A stretch of 32,877 bases of DNA, taken from IMG/VR virus record IMGVR_UViG_3300038974_000543, positions 1 to 32,877 of that record. The stretch is one strand, 5' to 3'. Below the pieces are notes generated by a model. The model was given only the letters and a program-made list of their open reading frames with translations, searched no databases and had not been told where the DNA came from. Positions 1 to 13,340 of the stretch are shown in pieces. A program made the translations under genes and the position numbers. Numbering within the stretch: the stretch's first letter is position 1; the number at the start of each line of letters is the position of its first letter. The stretch comes from a virus (lineage: Duplodnaviria; Caudoviricetes).

Positions 1-2939
1 TATCCTGATCCAGTTTTATCTTTTCTAAATATAAATAATTGTTTACCCTTAGTATGACGTTTGTTTAACGGATTATTATTTATATCCTGTACTAAATCAT
101 CAGTTACATCAATAAAGTTTGATTCAGAAACATCTAGTTTTGATCCCCATCTAACGCTTCCAATATCATAATTACCAGATGGTAATAATTCTGGAGATTT
201 TTTTCCACTTAAAAATTTAGGAATTACATATTTAATTGGAACCAAAACAAATCCTAAATCTTTCATCTTAGGATATTTTTCAATATCATCTTCGCTATTT
301 GCAGTGATAATAAAGAAATTGTTTATATCAGCTTCTGATAAACTTGTTGGAACAGATATATCATTTTTTGTAATAAACATACTTGCATTATCCAAGTTAG
401 CTTTTTCATAATGATAACCTGGTTGTAAAGTTGCTTTATTAAATGAGATTCTTACTCCATAATTATCTTTTTTACTAATAAGTTTAAAGATTGATCCTCC
501 TTCTCCAGAAGAATCTGGAATAATATAAAAGTCCCCATCTTTTACTTGTTCTTTAGATAAAAAATAAGAATATCTTGCATTTCTTACACTTTGTTCATCA
601 GTATATATTTCTTTAAATTCTGCTAAAACTCCCTTTAATTCATCTAATTCCATTTTAGGAAGTTTTTCAGTAAATACTTCTGATATTGATTCTCTAGGTT
701 GAGATATTACTTTATTTAAAGTTTTTGATTTTAAGGCATCTTGTGTTTTAACAATAATATAAATATTATCGTCGTCTACACCTAATACTTTATTATATCT
801 AACTACCGATTTACCTTTTACTTTTTCTGTAATTTTTACATAATCCCCTTCTTTAATTGGAAGATAATTAGATGTAAGTTTTTCAATTCTGTCTAATGAC
901 CCAAGTAATTCTTTCTTTTCGCTCCATTCTTGATATGTAAAATCATCACTTAAATTTTCATATAATGTTGAAAATGATATTACATTTTCATATTTTACCC
1001 ATGCATTTGTAAATTCTCTTGCTCCAATTTTAAACGTATTTAAAAGAATTCTTCCTGGAAATACAGCTTTTACTGTACCAGTGGCCTCCTTCATTTTACT
1101 ATTTACTTTATCAAAATATTGATATTTAATTGTCGAGCCTCTTTGAATTAACGTTTTAATTAATGATTCAGGTAATGTTTTACCTTGTGATAATTTTCCA
1201 GTATCATCTTTTACTTCTTTTGTAATTGTTACAATTGGACTCAATGGAAATTGAGTTTTTAATGGAACAGCATTTTCTCGTAAAGGTGTATAATCAACCT
1301 CTTCTTCATTATCTAAAGATTTAAACCAAAATTTAGAATTCGTAGTAAAAATAATTGGAGAATTTATTTCAACAATTTCTTTTCCATCTGAATAAAATCC
1401 TTTTTCAACAATAAACCCCTCTCTATATCTTCTAATATAAGTTGGAACTAAATTTATTGTTGTTGTTGATTTTCCTCCTAATTTAGAAATTATTCTTCCG
1501 TTTCTATCAATAGGTACAACAAGTATATCTTTGTATGGCCTAACTGATGAAAATGCTCAATCTTGTAATCCAATTGCATTGTCTATGTCAATTAATTGAG
1601 AGGAAGAATAATGAAAATTAATTGCATCTTTTGTAATAAATTTAGAAACTTCTGATTTTTTTCTCTTGTCAGTCTTGCGAAGATTTTCCTCTTTATCTTC
1701 TTCAAAATTCTTTAAATCAAGTTCAGTTTGAGTTCATAACCCAACTGCATATTTATCGGGACTAATAAATTTAAACAGTAATTGCAAATTCTTAATAATT
1801 TCTGCTCTTTTTCCTTCCATGTTTGATAATATCTGAGCAGCTCTTCTACCTCTTTCTTCATCAGTAATTCCCTCCTCATTTACATTTAAAGAACTTCTGA
1901 AGTTGTTCATTAATTCATTAGCAGTTAATTCTATAATTGCATTGATTGTTTGACGAGTTTCTGTTTTAAATCTTAAAATTTTTGTAAATTCTGGATCAAC
2001 ATATTTGTCATTTTCATCAATATATCCTAAAAAGAATTTTTCTGCATCAAAATTATCAAGATCTAATTTATTACTGTGTTTGCTATTATAATTGGTTAAA
2101 ATTTCAACAAGAGCTTCTGGATTAACTTTAGCGGCATTATATCCAAATAATCCTAAAAAGATAGATAAATGATTAGAATCATTATAAAAAAACATAGGAT
2201 TAGACGTTGCAGGATCTTTTATTACAACTGATGAATTTATTGCATCATCAAATGTAGAATTAAAAAATATTTTATTTCCTCTTATTCCATCTCTATTTGG
2301 AAATGTAATAGAAAGAATATTTTTTAAAGCAACTAATGCAGATGAATCTTGTCCAATACTTTCAAGCATTCCAATTTTAGAATCAAAATCTTCTAATTGT
2401 TCTGCAACTGAAGTCATTCCAATAACATTGTTTATATTTAATTTATAAAAATACTTTTTGTTAATTGGTTTTCTAAGTTCATTTAAAAATTGAGCTAAAT
2501 CAATTTGAGATGTTACTCCATTTTTTATTTTAGTAATTGTGCTATCTTTTTTCAATAATTTGAAAATAGCATCATTTACATTATCGATATTTAAAGTTTC
2601 ATCTATTTTTGCATTCACTTTATTTACGAATGTATCTGTTCAATCAGGATCATTATTATCAATTGAATTAAGAATAGCTCTTATACTTGAATGATGTAAT
2701 CCAGTATTTGTATAAGATCTAATCTTTGTTTCAAGTTCAGAAATTTTCTCTTGATTATATTTAACAGCGTCATCAATTTGTTCTTGTGTTTCTAAATCAG
2801 AGGGAGGAGATAAATTTTTATAATATAAATATTCTCCTACTAATTCTTTTAAATTTTGATTTGCTGCAATTTTTGTAAAGTTGGCGGAGAACGTTACTTC
2901 TCCGCCATCTGGTAATTGTATTGAATAAAAACAATTCAT
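1..2939 (-). CDS. Large virion/ejected protein of the RNAP cluster, 3'-truncated by the window edge (>=979 aa, TGA=Trp)
   Basis: ATG at 2939 (MNCFYSIQLPDGG), 1 nt after the RNAP stop. In-frame TGA at 2640, 1734 and about 1557. No TAA/TAG down to position 3. Track ORFs 2640..2939 and 1734..2618 share this frame. Function inferred from position only. Confidence 0.8.
2882..2907. other. Perfect GC-rich inverted repeat (10-bp stem, 6-nt loop) 32 nt downstream of the 2939 start codon
   Basis: tggcggagaa-cgttac-ttctccgcca read directly from the sequence. Confidence 0.7.
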
Positions 2940-2940
2940 C

Positions 2941-5900
2941 TTATATACATTTATAATTTATAATTAGATTTTGACTTTTAATCATAGATCTAATAGATGA
3001 TACAATTTGATATTTAACTCCATCTTTAAATCCTGTCTTAGCTAATGTAGTATTTATTGGAAAATCTGGATTTTTATGCTGTAAATTATCTTTCCCTAGT
3101 GATATAAATCCATTAGAATGTAATGCTAAGTGTAAAATGTTATTTATTTGTTCTTTCTTTAAAAGATTTAAAACTTCTTTACCTTCTTTAGAATCATCTT
3201 CTTGACTAATTTCAAAAATATCAACTTCACCTCTATCAACTTGTTTTGCAAAATGCAAATATGAGTTTGCAACATTTCCCGTATCTTTCATATAATCTTG
3301 AAACAATGGAGTTAATCTTAAATCTCCATAAGCTTCATTATTTACTACAAGGTTATATACAAAAAGTAAATCTTTCCACTGAATAGTTTTTCCTTTTATG
3401 TTTGTTACTTTAAATTTAGGTTCAATTTTTTTATCAATATCATTAAATTCATTTAATAACTTCATAAAGTTTTCAATACTTACAGGATTATTTAAACTAC
3501 TTATTCCAAATGTAGGAGCAATTTGATTTCCAAATTCTGAAAACTGATTTTTCATATTACGAAGAGTAAGAATTTTTCCTAATTCAGTCCTTTCAGATTT
3601 TTCTAATGCACTAAACATTACTTGTTCCATTATTTTTTTAAAGTTTGCTATTCCATGATCGGTAGTTAAATCTACCATATAATCTTCTCCAGAATCTTTA
3701 TATACTGTAATATTTATTTCTGAAATTTCAGGAACTTTTGCTTTATTTGCTTCAGCTAAGTCACTTTTTGAATAAACTTTACCTAAATCAGAATTATAAA
3801 GAACTATCTTATCTAATCCTGCCATATTTAAAAGACTTTTTACACTAAATTTAAAATCAGTTATTTTATCATCTTTTATTGTCGATTTAAACCATTCAGC
3901 AATCATATAATTATCAAAAATATTCATGGATCTACTTATTACAGCATCTGTTATTTCAAATGGCATAGATGCATTTCCATATAAACGTTTGATTCTTTTG
4001 TTAGTTTTTGCAGATTTTAATCCAGAACTTATTTCAAGACCTTGCATTTTGAAAATATCTCTTAATTGAGAGAATACAAAGTTAAACTTTTTTGATGAAA
4101 TTAAAGCTACATTGAACATAGTTCCTACTCCATGAGTCATCTCCCTAAAATGAGGAACGTCTTCAAGTACATCAAACACGTTAATTGTATTTTTAATTAA
4201 ATTATAATATTCTCTTGCTGCTTCTACATAATTTGAATTATTTGGATGAATGTAAAATCTTGAGTCAAACTCTCCTCCAAATATACTAACAGTTTTTCTT
4301 TCCTCTTGATTATTATATGTAATAGAAGATACATTTATTTCAGATACTTTTCTTAAAACTTCTAAAATGTGAGAAACTACTGCAGCAGCATCTTTTCCAT
4401 ACATTGTTTTAAAAGTACTATTTCTTTCAATAATTTTTGCAACTACTATTGAAGCATTTTCAATTACTGGAAATTTCTTAATATCTTTTCCTACATTCCC
4501 TGTATCAATAATTTTATTTGCTTCAATTACAATTTTACCAATTGCATCTTTATCTTCTGATATTCCATCAAAGTCAATGTTTTTAATTCTTCATAGATCA
4601 TTTCCAAAAGTTTTATGTTCTGCACTAAACATTGATCTTTCAAGTACATTTAAGAAATTATTTAACTCATTAATATTTGCATCAATTGAACCATTAACTC
4701 CAAATATAGATGAAAGCATTCTAAACTCTTGAGCTCCTTCAAATATATTTTCAAATGTACTAATTGAATCTGCAAGTTCTGTTCCAGAATACAGTGCTTC
4801 CACTCCAGGTTTATCACGATATTGTTTTACTAAATCGTAAACATTATTGTTATCACTTGTTAAGAATAAATTAGTTTCAATATTATTTGATATAAATTTA
4901 ACTAAATCTGAATTCATGTAAGTAGAAATTTCATCAGCTGTATACCCTAAAGATAATAAGTATAAGTGCATTGATGCTAAATCAACTACTGCATTAATCT
5001 TGGCCATTACTAACTCTTTCGCATTATCAGTCGCTCCAGATACGAATCCAGAAATTGCTAAAGCTGCTTGAATTTTATTTATTTCTCTTAACTCAGTTTC
5101 TAATCCTTCATATCCATAAATATTAAGAATTTGTGAAAAAGTATTACGAGAAACTTTTGTATCAGCTATACTAACTCTTGTTGATCATTTACCATTTATA
5201 AATAATTTTTTAGCAAATAATTTAGAGTCTTTAAGTGGATCAATTTCAATAACACCTTTATCGATATTATTATTTCATTCATTGTAGTAATTACTTAATG
5301 CAAAGAATACTTTTAATCCATTTGCTCCGATACCTACGTCTTTTTTACCAACTGCTGCTTGATATTGTTGTTTAAACATTCCAACACCATTTACTGAAGA
5401 AAATCTTTCTTTCTTCCTAATTAATGTATCAATGTAATCAACTATTGTTTTAACATAGTCTGGATTTTCAACTTCAATATCTTTATTTCTAGATTTTTTA
5501 GTAATTGTTTTATTTTCTTCAAGCATTTTAATACTGTTATCATTAATAGAATCAATATTAATATCACTTAAAGAAGCAATTATTTCTTTTAATGAAGGTT
5601 TTTCTTCATTAGTTGATTTATTTCAATCTTCTAAAGCTTTTTGCATTTGTGCAAATCTTATTTTCTTTGCTTTAGCTGCACCATCATGCCAAGATTGAAT
5701 ACTTACTGGAATAGTTGCTAATAATTGATTTGATGGAGATTTGATAATCTTTTGAATTTTAGAAACAATTGAATTTTGTAAACTATATTTAGATTTAGAA
5801 AATCCTCTATATCCATTATAATAATTTATAAAATTAATCAATCCTATAGATTCAGGAGTAATATTTAATATTTTTTCCAACATATCATCAGTTACCTCTT

Positions 5901-8900
5901 TTTTATTAGCTCTTGCTCAATTTTTAATAAGAGATTGATGTTCATTTATTTCTCGTAAAATTTCTCCAAATTTTATTATTTCATTAGGAGTCATATTACT
6001 TGCAATTTCAATACTATTTGTTGAACCATTTGCAATTCTATTGAACCATTCTGCATATTTAGATAAATCTAATAAATTTTGTTTTATAAAATCAGGAGAT
6101 GTTTCACTTGCTGAATCTATTTCTAAATTATTTGGAATAGGTAATGTTTCAATTGCATCTAAATCTTGTTTAGAATTATAATCAAATAAATTAGTTCACA
6201 TATCAAACTGTGCTGATTTAGTAAATCCATATCCCATGATATATGCTTTATCAATATCAAAGTCGGATCCTTGTAACCAAATTTGTCAAGCCGATACATA
6301 AGCATTATTACTTTTTGTATTAAAATAGGCTACATTTTGCATAGGCATAAATGATTGCATAGATTGAGCCGGAATACGTGCGGCAATTACTTCGTGAGAT
6401 TTTTCTCATGAAGCATATTGTTTCTTAGCTAATTTACTAACAATATCTTCTTTATGAGCATCAAACCAATTATTATCCAATTCTTCATTTAAATTAAATC
6501 TAATCTTAGTTAATTCAGAATATTGTTTTAATAAAATAGCTCTTAAATTAACTGGTTTATTTTCAAAGTCAACTATGTCTTCAGGAGTATTTTGTAATAA
6601 TGGAACAATAGATCTAATATCTCTCATTGATTCAATTAAATTTGAAAATGAGTATTTAAATCCTTCTTTTAGCACATTTATTTTGTGAACATCTTCTCCA
6701 ATTGTAATATCTTTATAATCAGAAACTTTCAGATAAATTACATCTCCTAAATCTTCTTCAAATACTTTTGAATTTTTTGGTTTAACATATAATTGTCTTC
6801 CATCAGTTCCAAGTCTATATAAAACTTTTTGTCCATTCTTTAAATCAGATTCAAATAGTTTTGCATTTTCTTTCTTTGTAGGAAGTTCTGAAACCAATTT
6901 AATATAAACGGAATTATTATCTTGGAGAACAACTTTAAAATCGTAATTTTCTTCGTTATTTTTTTGATAATCTTCTGAAATAAGATCTTCAAAATATTTT
7001 GAACCTTGTTTTTTAATTGAAATTATTGAATCTGTTCCTGTTCCAAATGCAGATTGATACATATTAGGAAGAACTAATTCAGCTCCAGCAACAGTTACAT
7101 TATAAATTTCTTTAGAATTATTTTGTTTATAGAAATCTTTAACATCATCGTAAATATCAGCAATTAATGTATCACTAAATGCTTCTTTATTTGTATTATC
7201 TCCAAACATTAGTTTAAAGTCTACATTTCCTTCAGAATCTCTGATATCATTAAGACTTTTCATAGTAAGATTATTATTAATTAACTCAAGATTTCTTTGA
7301 GTCCATGCTCTCAAGTATTTTGAAGTTTTTTCAGAATCTTTGCCAATATTAAAGTATTTTGCAAATGCTTCTAAATCCTTATTTGTTTGTTCATCTTGCA
7401 ATTGAGGATTTTCAAACATATAAGTAAGTCTTACAGAATCTAAATCAAATAGATTTTTGTTTACTAATTTAGGAGAATATTTTTCATTCTCTTTAGATAA
7501 TTGTTCTGTAATATTTTCTCCAGTTACAACAGCTCTTTTAGACATCAATAATAATTCAATAACTCCTTCTCTTGACATCGGCTTTTGTAATCCAAATGCT
7601 TTTGCTGCAAGAATTTGTAATTTTCCTATTACTTTTTCAAACCATGTTAAAGAAGCTGTATCTTCTTCTGCCTGTCTCGCTAATAATTCTTCAATTATTT
7701 CTAATTCTCCTTCTTCGGTATTTGCATCAAATCCATAAGTAGAAATCATTTCTTCAAGTGAACCAAATCCAGATCTTTCTACTAATCTATTAGCATTTTT
7801 ATATAAATATTCTTTTGATGATAATAATATATTTTTATATTCTTCTTTATCAGATCCTTCAAATAATACAGATAAACCTTTATGACCAATTATTTCATGA
7901 AGTACTAAAGCAGTTTCATCGAATGTTCCTTTAAATGCTTTATTAATTGCAATTTCATTAGCTTTATCAGAATAAAATGATTCAATATTTGCATCAGGAA
8001 CACTATCTTTTGGTAAATTTTTTGCAGCATATTTGTTTACATCATCAACATAAACAACTTTTACAGGTAGATTTTCTAAAGATATTTCTGTAAATAACTT
8101 AAGTCTGTTGTCAACTGGAGCTTCAACTAATTGGAATTTTGTCTCAACTGGTTTAAGATCTCTCGGTGCAGATTTAACTATTTGAACTTCGTCAGTAGGT
8201 TTTCCAGAATATTTAAATTTATAATAATCTTCAGGAGTTCCTAAATATTTCTGAGTTCCATCAACATCAATTACAGTATCAGTCAAATTAACTGCATCTC
8301 TAGTAGTTGGTAAATTAGGAAGAAGTTGTTTTAAATAAGCATTTACAATAGAATCGTTATCTGTTAACATTATATCACTAAGATATTTATCAGTTTTTAT
8401 TACTTTACTTGCATCAATATTTGAAAGCAAATTATCAATATCGGATTTTCATTGAGAAGTATAACTATTTAATTCTCCTCTTTGTTCAGCTCTTTTTAAG
8501 AACGTCTCTTTATCCATATCAATAAATTTATCAAAATCATCTGCATGTCTTTCTAATATAATTAAATCTGATGCAAATAATTGCTTACCTGAAGAATGAG
8601 AATCCTCTTTAGCTTTTTCCCATAATTCGTCCATAAAATTACCATATTTTTCATATTGTACTTTATTTTCTTCAGTATTTGCTTTAAACGCATTTCTCAT
8701 ATCTTTAGTAAGATCTGAAACTTTTACATTTAACTCTTGGGCAATAAATTTATTTATTTCTGATTTATAGTTATGATCAAAATCAATAATTGACTTACTT
8801 TTATTATATAAATATGTTTTTCCAATTCCTGGATGTCCATATACAATTTTATCTTTTGCAGTAATATAATTTGATATATCTAAGTTTTCAATATTTTTCA

Positions 8901-11900
8901 TAGCTTCGTTAACCATATCAGCATGAGAATATGTTGCAATAGATGTTATTCCATTTATTGTAACAGGAACTTCATATATCATGTAAGTTTTATGAGAAGG
9001 ATTTAATACTGCACCTAATCCATGATAATATCTTGTAATAAAATTACTATTAAGTTTAATAAATAAATCTCTTACAAAATGTTGGAAAAAGTTTTTATTA
9101 CTAAATGGTAATATTTCTCCTTCTTTAAATGATTCTGCTATAATTGAAGCTAAGTCAACACCAGGAGCATTTCTTAAATGTTTTGCAAATTCTCTTGATA
9201 ATCCATCATAAAAACTAGTTAAATCTTTTTCTCCTAAATTTGTAATTGGATCAATATATTTTTGAGCAGCCTCTCTAATTAATTGAGCAATATTATTGTA
9301 TGCTTCATTTGCAATATGAGCTGTTTGTTCATTTTGAGAAAGTGCTGAAATCACCTGAGTAATCTCTTTAATTTTAGAAGCGTCTGCTGTATGTCCTGCA
9401 TCAAGCTGTGGTCCAATATGAGAACTATCAAATTTTGTATATCGTAAAGGTTTTATTCCATTTTTATGATATCATTTAGATGATTGATTTAAATTAACAG
9501 CTCCTGATTTAAATACACTACCGTTTGAAATAATATGAATCATTTTATCTTTAAGATAATATTCATTATTGTCATTTACCGTATTTGTAATTACATCATA
9601 AACTAAGTCATTGGAAGATTCATCAAATTTAAATTCCCCATCTTCAAAATGTCCAGAATATTCTGCTCCACCAGCTTCCCAAATATCAAATAAGTTTTTA
9701 ATAGGAGTTCCTTCTTCAGTATAAGATTCTCCAATTACATTACCTGATTTATCATATTCTTGTAATGTTCTGAATAAAACATTATCGACAATTTTTAAAT
9801 TTGTCATTGTAAAATATCTACCATTTTCTAAAAATGATATATTTACTCCAAATTCTTTATCTTTAATATTAATTTCTTCAGACAACATTTGTTTATGCTT
9901 TGTATAATGTCTAATTTCTGAATTTTTAGATTCCATTATACTTGCATTGGTAATTATAAACTCGGCATCTTTTTTTACAGCACTTCCGTAATCTGTAATA
10001 AATGTACCAAATCTTTTTAAAGTATCACCGTAATCTTTACCAGGATACGATGCTTTAATCATTCTACTATATACATATGATATATAACTACCACCATCTT
10101 GGAATTTTACTTTTTCAGTTTGTCCCCCAATATTATATAAAGTATCACTTGGATCATTTATAATAGCAATGTTTACTAATTTAGGAACTCCTAATTTTGT
10201 TCCTTGTAATGCAACTTCATAAGTAGAAGTAAATGCTACATTACGTTTTGCCATACCTGCATATCTAGCAGAAGATTCTTCAGCATATTCAAGAGCATAT
10301 TCGTCAATATTTCCAATTTGAGTAGATGGTCTAGATTTTAATCCTTTTGCTGTATGCATATATTCATGCTTAATTGTCAAATTTAGATACTCATTTCTGA
10401 ATAACATATTTGTCAACATTCATTTTTGCAATAATGGATTTATTTCTCCATCAGCATTTTTATATTTTAAGTTTATTCTTACTTTTTCAACTGACATATC
10501 GTCATCTATAAGTTCTTGCTCTATAGATTCTTCAATAAATGTAGCTAAGTAATCTGGGTCAATTCCAAAGAAATCAGAAAGTTTAGATAAATCAAAGTTT
10601 TCATCTTCTCCTATTAAATTACTTAAATCAGAATTAGTTAGTAAATATTTAGCATCAGGTCCTTTTTTAAAGTTCATAACGTCAAATATTAAATTGTCCA
10701 TTTCATAATTCATAAATTTATTAAACTCTGAATCCTTTTTATAAAATTCAAAATTATCAAATAAATTCTGATTTAATCCTAATATTCTCCCTTTTTCTAC
10801 TTTATATGTAGAGTAATCTTTTTCTTCAACTAATTCTACTCCTTTTTCTTCTGCAAGTTGCAATAATGCATCTTGACTCATAGAATTAAGTTTTTTATTA
10901 ATTGCATTATATGCAGTTTTAGATGTACTTATATCTGATGATATTTCAATATCTGGGAATAACAGTTTATATTTAGTTATCATATCTCTATATAAATCTG
11001 ATAAAAACGAATGCTGTTGAGTTCTAACTAAATCTTTTAATTCAGGAATTGTTAGTTTTTCTCCATTTCCTCCAATTATTAATTTATCATTATAAATTGA
11101 ATTAGCAATTGAAATCTTTTTTGCAAGAATTGTATTTTTATCAGAATAATTACCTATGACAATATTCAACCAATCTGTTTTACCTCTAATTGCACCTAAA
11201 AAGTCATATATAAAACTTGCTGTAAAATTTTCAACTGGTAACCAAGACGATGCCGATTTATTAACATCAGAATTTACAATTTCTAATTTTGTAGTAGTTC
11301 CTAATAAAATTGGATTTTTAGAAGTTGTAAATAAGCTTCTATACGAAGTTGAATCTTCATTATTTTTTTCAAACCTAATTCTTTTTAATAAGACTTCTGC
11401 ATCGGCGTATGCCAAGTTAGCAAGTTTGAAAGTTGGAATTTTTTCTCCAGATGCTGTTGAAATTGTAGTAACAGGTCTAAGTAAATACGAATTAAGTGCT
11501 ACGTCAATAATATTTCCCAATTTTCCAATTACTTCTCCAATTGCGGCAGTAGCTGTATCTGTTTCATCTCCTCCATTTTTTGAAATTCTTTCTTCTCTTT
11601 CAAGAATTTTAGAAAATGCTGATTTTCCTTCAATTGAACCAGATCCAAAAATTGTATCAATAATTGATTTTAATTCTGATTTAAGAACTTTTGTTTTAAG
11701 TTCATCTAATTGGTTTAAATTTAAACCATCTGTTTTTTCAGCAGTTTTAGAAAGAATATGATCTTTCAATTCAGAAATATCTTCTGGTGGAATAGTTATT
11801 TGAAATCTTTTCTTAATATAATTTGAAAAATCAATGTCAGATGATAAATCTTCTATTTCTTCATGATTATATAAATGCTGTTGTTCAGCAGATGATAATA

Positions 11901-13326
11901 ATTTAGAATATACAAATCCCTGTAATTGAATCCTAGATACATTATGAGAATATAATTCTTTATATACTACAGATCCATTTGAAGGAACATATATTCCATA
12001 TGTTGCTCCATACGAGTTATTTAAAGGTTGAGCTAAGGCAGAATATAAAGAAAAATTAATATTATCCTTTTCTTTATGAGAATGTTTTCCTAAAAAATCA
12101 TTAATTGAAAATATAATATCAATAGTTGCTTTAAACGGTTCGTAAATATTATAATCTCCTTGATAATTTGCTTTATGAGCTTCAATTATTTTTCCTAAAT
12201 AATATTTAAGAGTTTCTTTTGGATTTTCAGAAAACAATGTCCATCCTTCTAGATCCATTAAAGTTTTTAAATTTTTTCTTTGGAATTCTTCAATTGTGGC
12301 AGCTAAACCATAAAAATCAATTGATGTTAAATATTTTTCAGTAAATTCTCCCTTTTTATTTAAGTGAGGAATACTGTTTATAATAATATCTGTAAAATTA
12401 TCACCATAATTATCAGCTCCTTCTGATTCGTGAGTATCATTTTTCCAAGTAGTTGTTTTTTCTCCACTTGTTTTTAAAGTATATTTATAAGCAGCTACTC
12501 CTGGAGCAAATTCAAAAGAATTAAATGTAGAAAAATCTACATCAATAGTATTTCTACCTTTCCAAACAATAACGTCGTCAAAATTAGATAACATGATTGC
12601 TGCATTATATGCGTCATATTTTGCTCTATTTTTTGAAATATCTCCTGATAAATTAGGGATATACTTAGATCCATTTTCAAATGAAATTTTTCCATCTAAA
12701 TCAATTAAATGTTTGAATAACAAATTTAATACATTAGAGTAAGGTTCAAACATAGTTCTATTAAATGATGATCCATTATATAGATTTCCTATAAATGTAT
12801 CGCCATCATAATAATCACTTTTTTCTAATTTTTTATTTACTATTAAATAATCAACAATTGTTTTAAATAATTTATTCTTTAAATTTCTAATATTTTCATT
12901 AATTGCATAATTATTTAATGCGTAATCTGTTGCATTTTCGTCAGAAAGAATTCCAACTTCTCCAATCCATCTTAACGCTTCACCTTCAAAATAACCTTTA
13001 GCAATGTGAAGCGTATGGAACAATTCAGAAAGAAGTGGACTTGTAAAATGGTCCACTTCGTTATTTCTGAATGAGTTCTTTTTAGATTTTTTGGCTCTTT
13101 TGTTTTTTGATTTATTTACAGTAATACCTCCTAAATCATTTAATTTTTCAATGATTTTATTGTTTCCCTGATAAGTATCTGCTAAATCTCCGAAGGCGAT
13201 GTCGCCTTCGGCTTTAGTAAAAATCTTAGCTGCTTCAGCTAATAATTCAGGTCCAGTACCTTTTCAGTTTACAATTTTTCCACCAAATTTTTTAAGGTCT
13301 ATAGGTTTACATACCAATGCAGCCAT
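2941..13326 (-). CDS. Giant single-chain virion DNA-dependent RNA polymerase (crAss/phi14:2 gp66-like, two-barrel type), 3461 aa with TGA=Trp
   Basis: ATG 13326 (MAALVCKP) to TAA 2941. Eight track ORFs are in one frame, joined by 12 in-frame TGA (13264, 10420, 9472, 8449, 6406, 6286, 6196, 5917, 5623, 5275, 5185, 4591). Motifs: ARIPAQSMQSFM and LQGSDFDIDKAY (catalytic DxDxD), QDGGSYI, GPQLDAGH, VGKKDVGIGANGLK, SGATDNAKEL. Confidence 0.92.
6247..6378 (-). other. RNAP catalytic region: RIP (6370-6378) ... GSDFDIDK (6247-6270)
   Basis: Manual translation: WEKSHEVIAARIPAQSMQSFMPMQNVAYFNTKSNNAYVSAWQIWLQGSDFDIDKAYIMGY. It lies between TGA codons, so it is absent from the ORF track. Confidence 0.92.
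7650..8070 (-). other. Zincin-like metallopeptidase domain within the RNAP
   Basis: LVLHEIIGHKGL (HEIIGH at 7882-7899) followed by IIEELLARQAE (EE at 7687-7692), the HExxxH plus downstream Glu layout of polyvalent-protein metallopeptidases. Boundaries approximate. Confidence 0.7.
8430..8860 (-). other. P-loop (nucleotide kinase-like) domain within the RNAP
   Basis: KIVYGHPGIGKTYL (GxxGxGKT at 8815-8838), then IIDFD, and a distal ETFLKRAEQRG lid-like motif. Boundaries approximate. Confidence 0.65.
13181..13218. other. GC-rich hairpin near the 5' end of the RNAP gene
   Basis: ccgaaggcga-tg-tcgccttcgg (13190-13211, perfect 10-bp arms), extendable by ctaaa/tttag across a small internal loop. 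Confidence 0.7.
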
Positions 13327-13340
13327 GTTTTAATATTTTG

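Noticed and set aside
2880-2960. MNCFYSIQLPDG as an intein/Hint N-terminal block
   Set aside because: The resemblance is superficial. There is no upstream extein, and I found no block B TxxH or His-Asn C-terminal motif.
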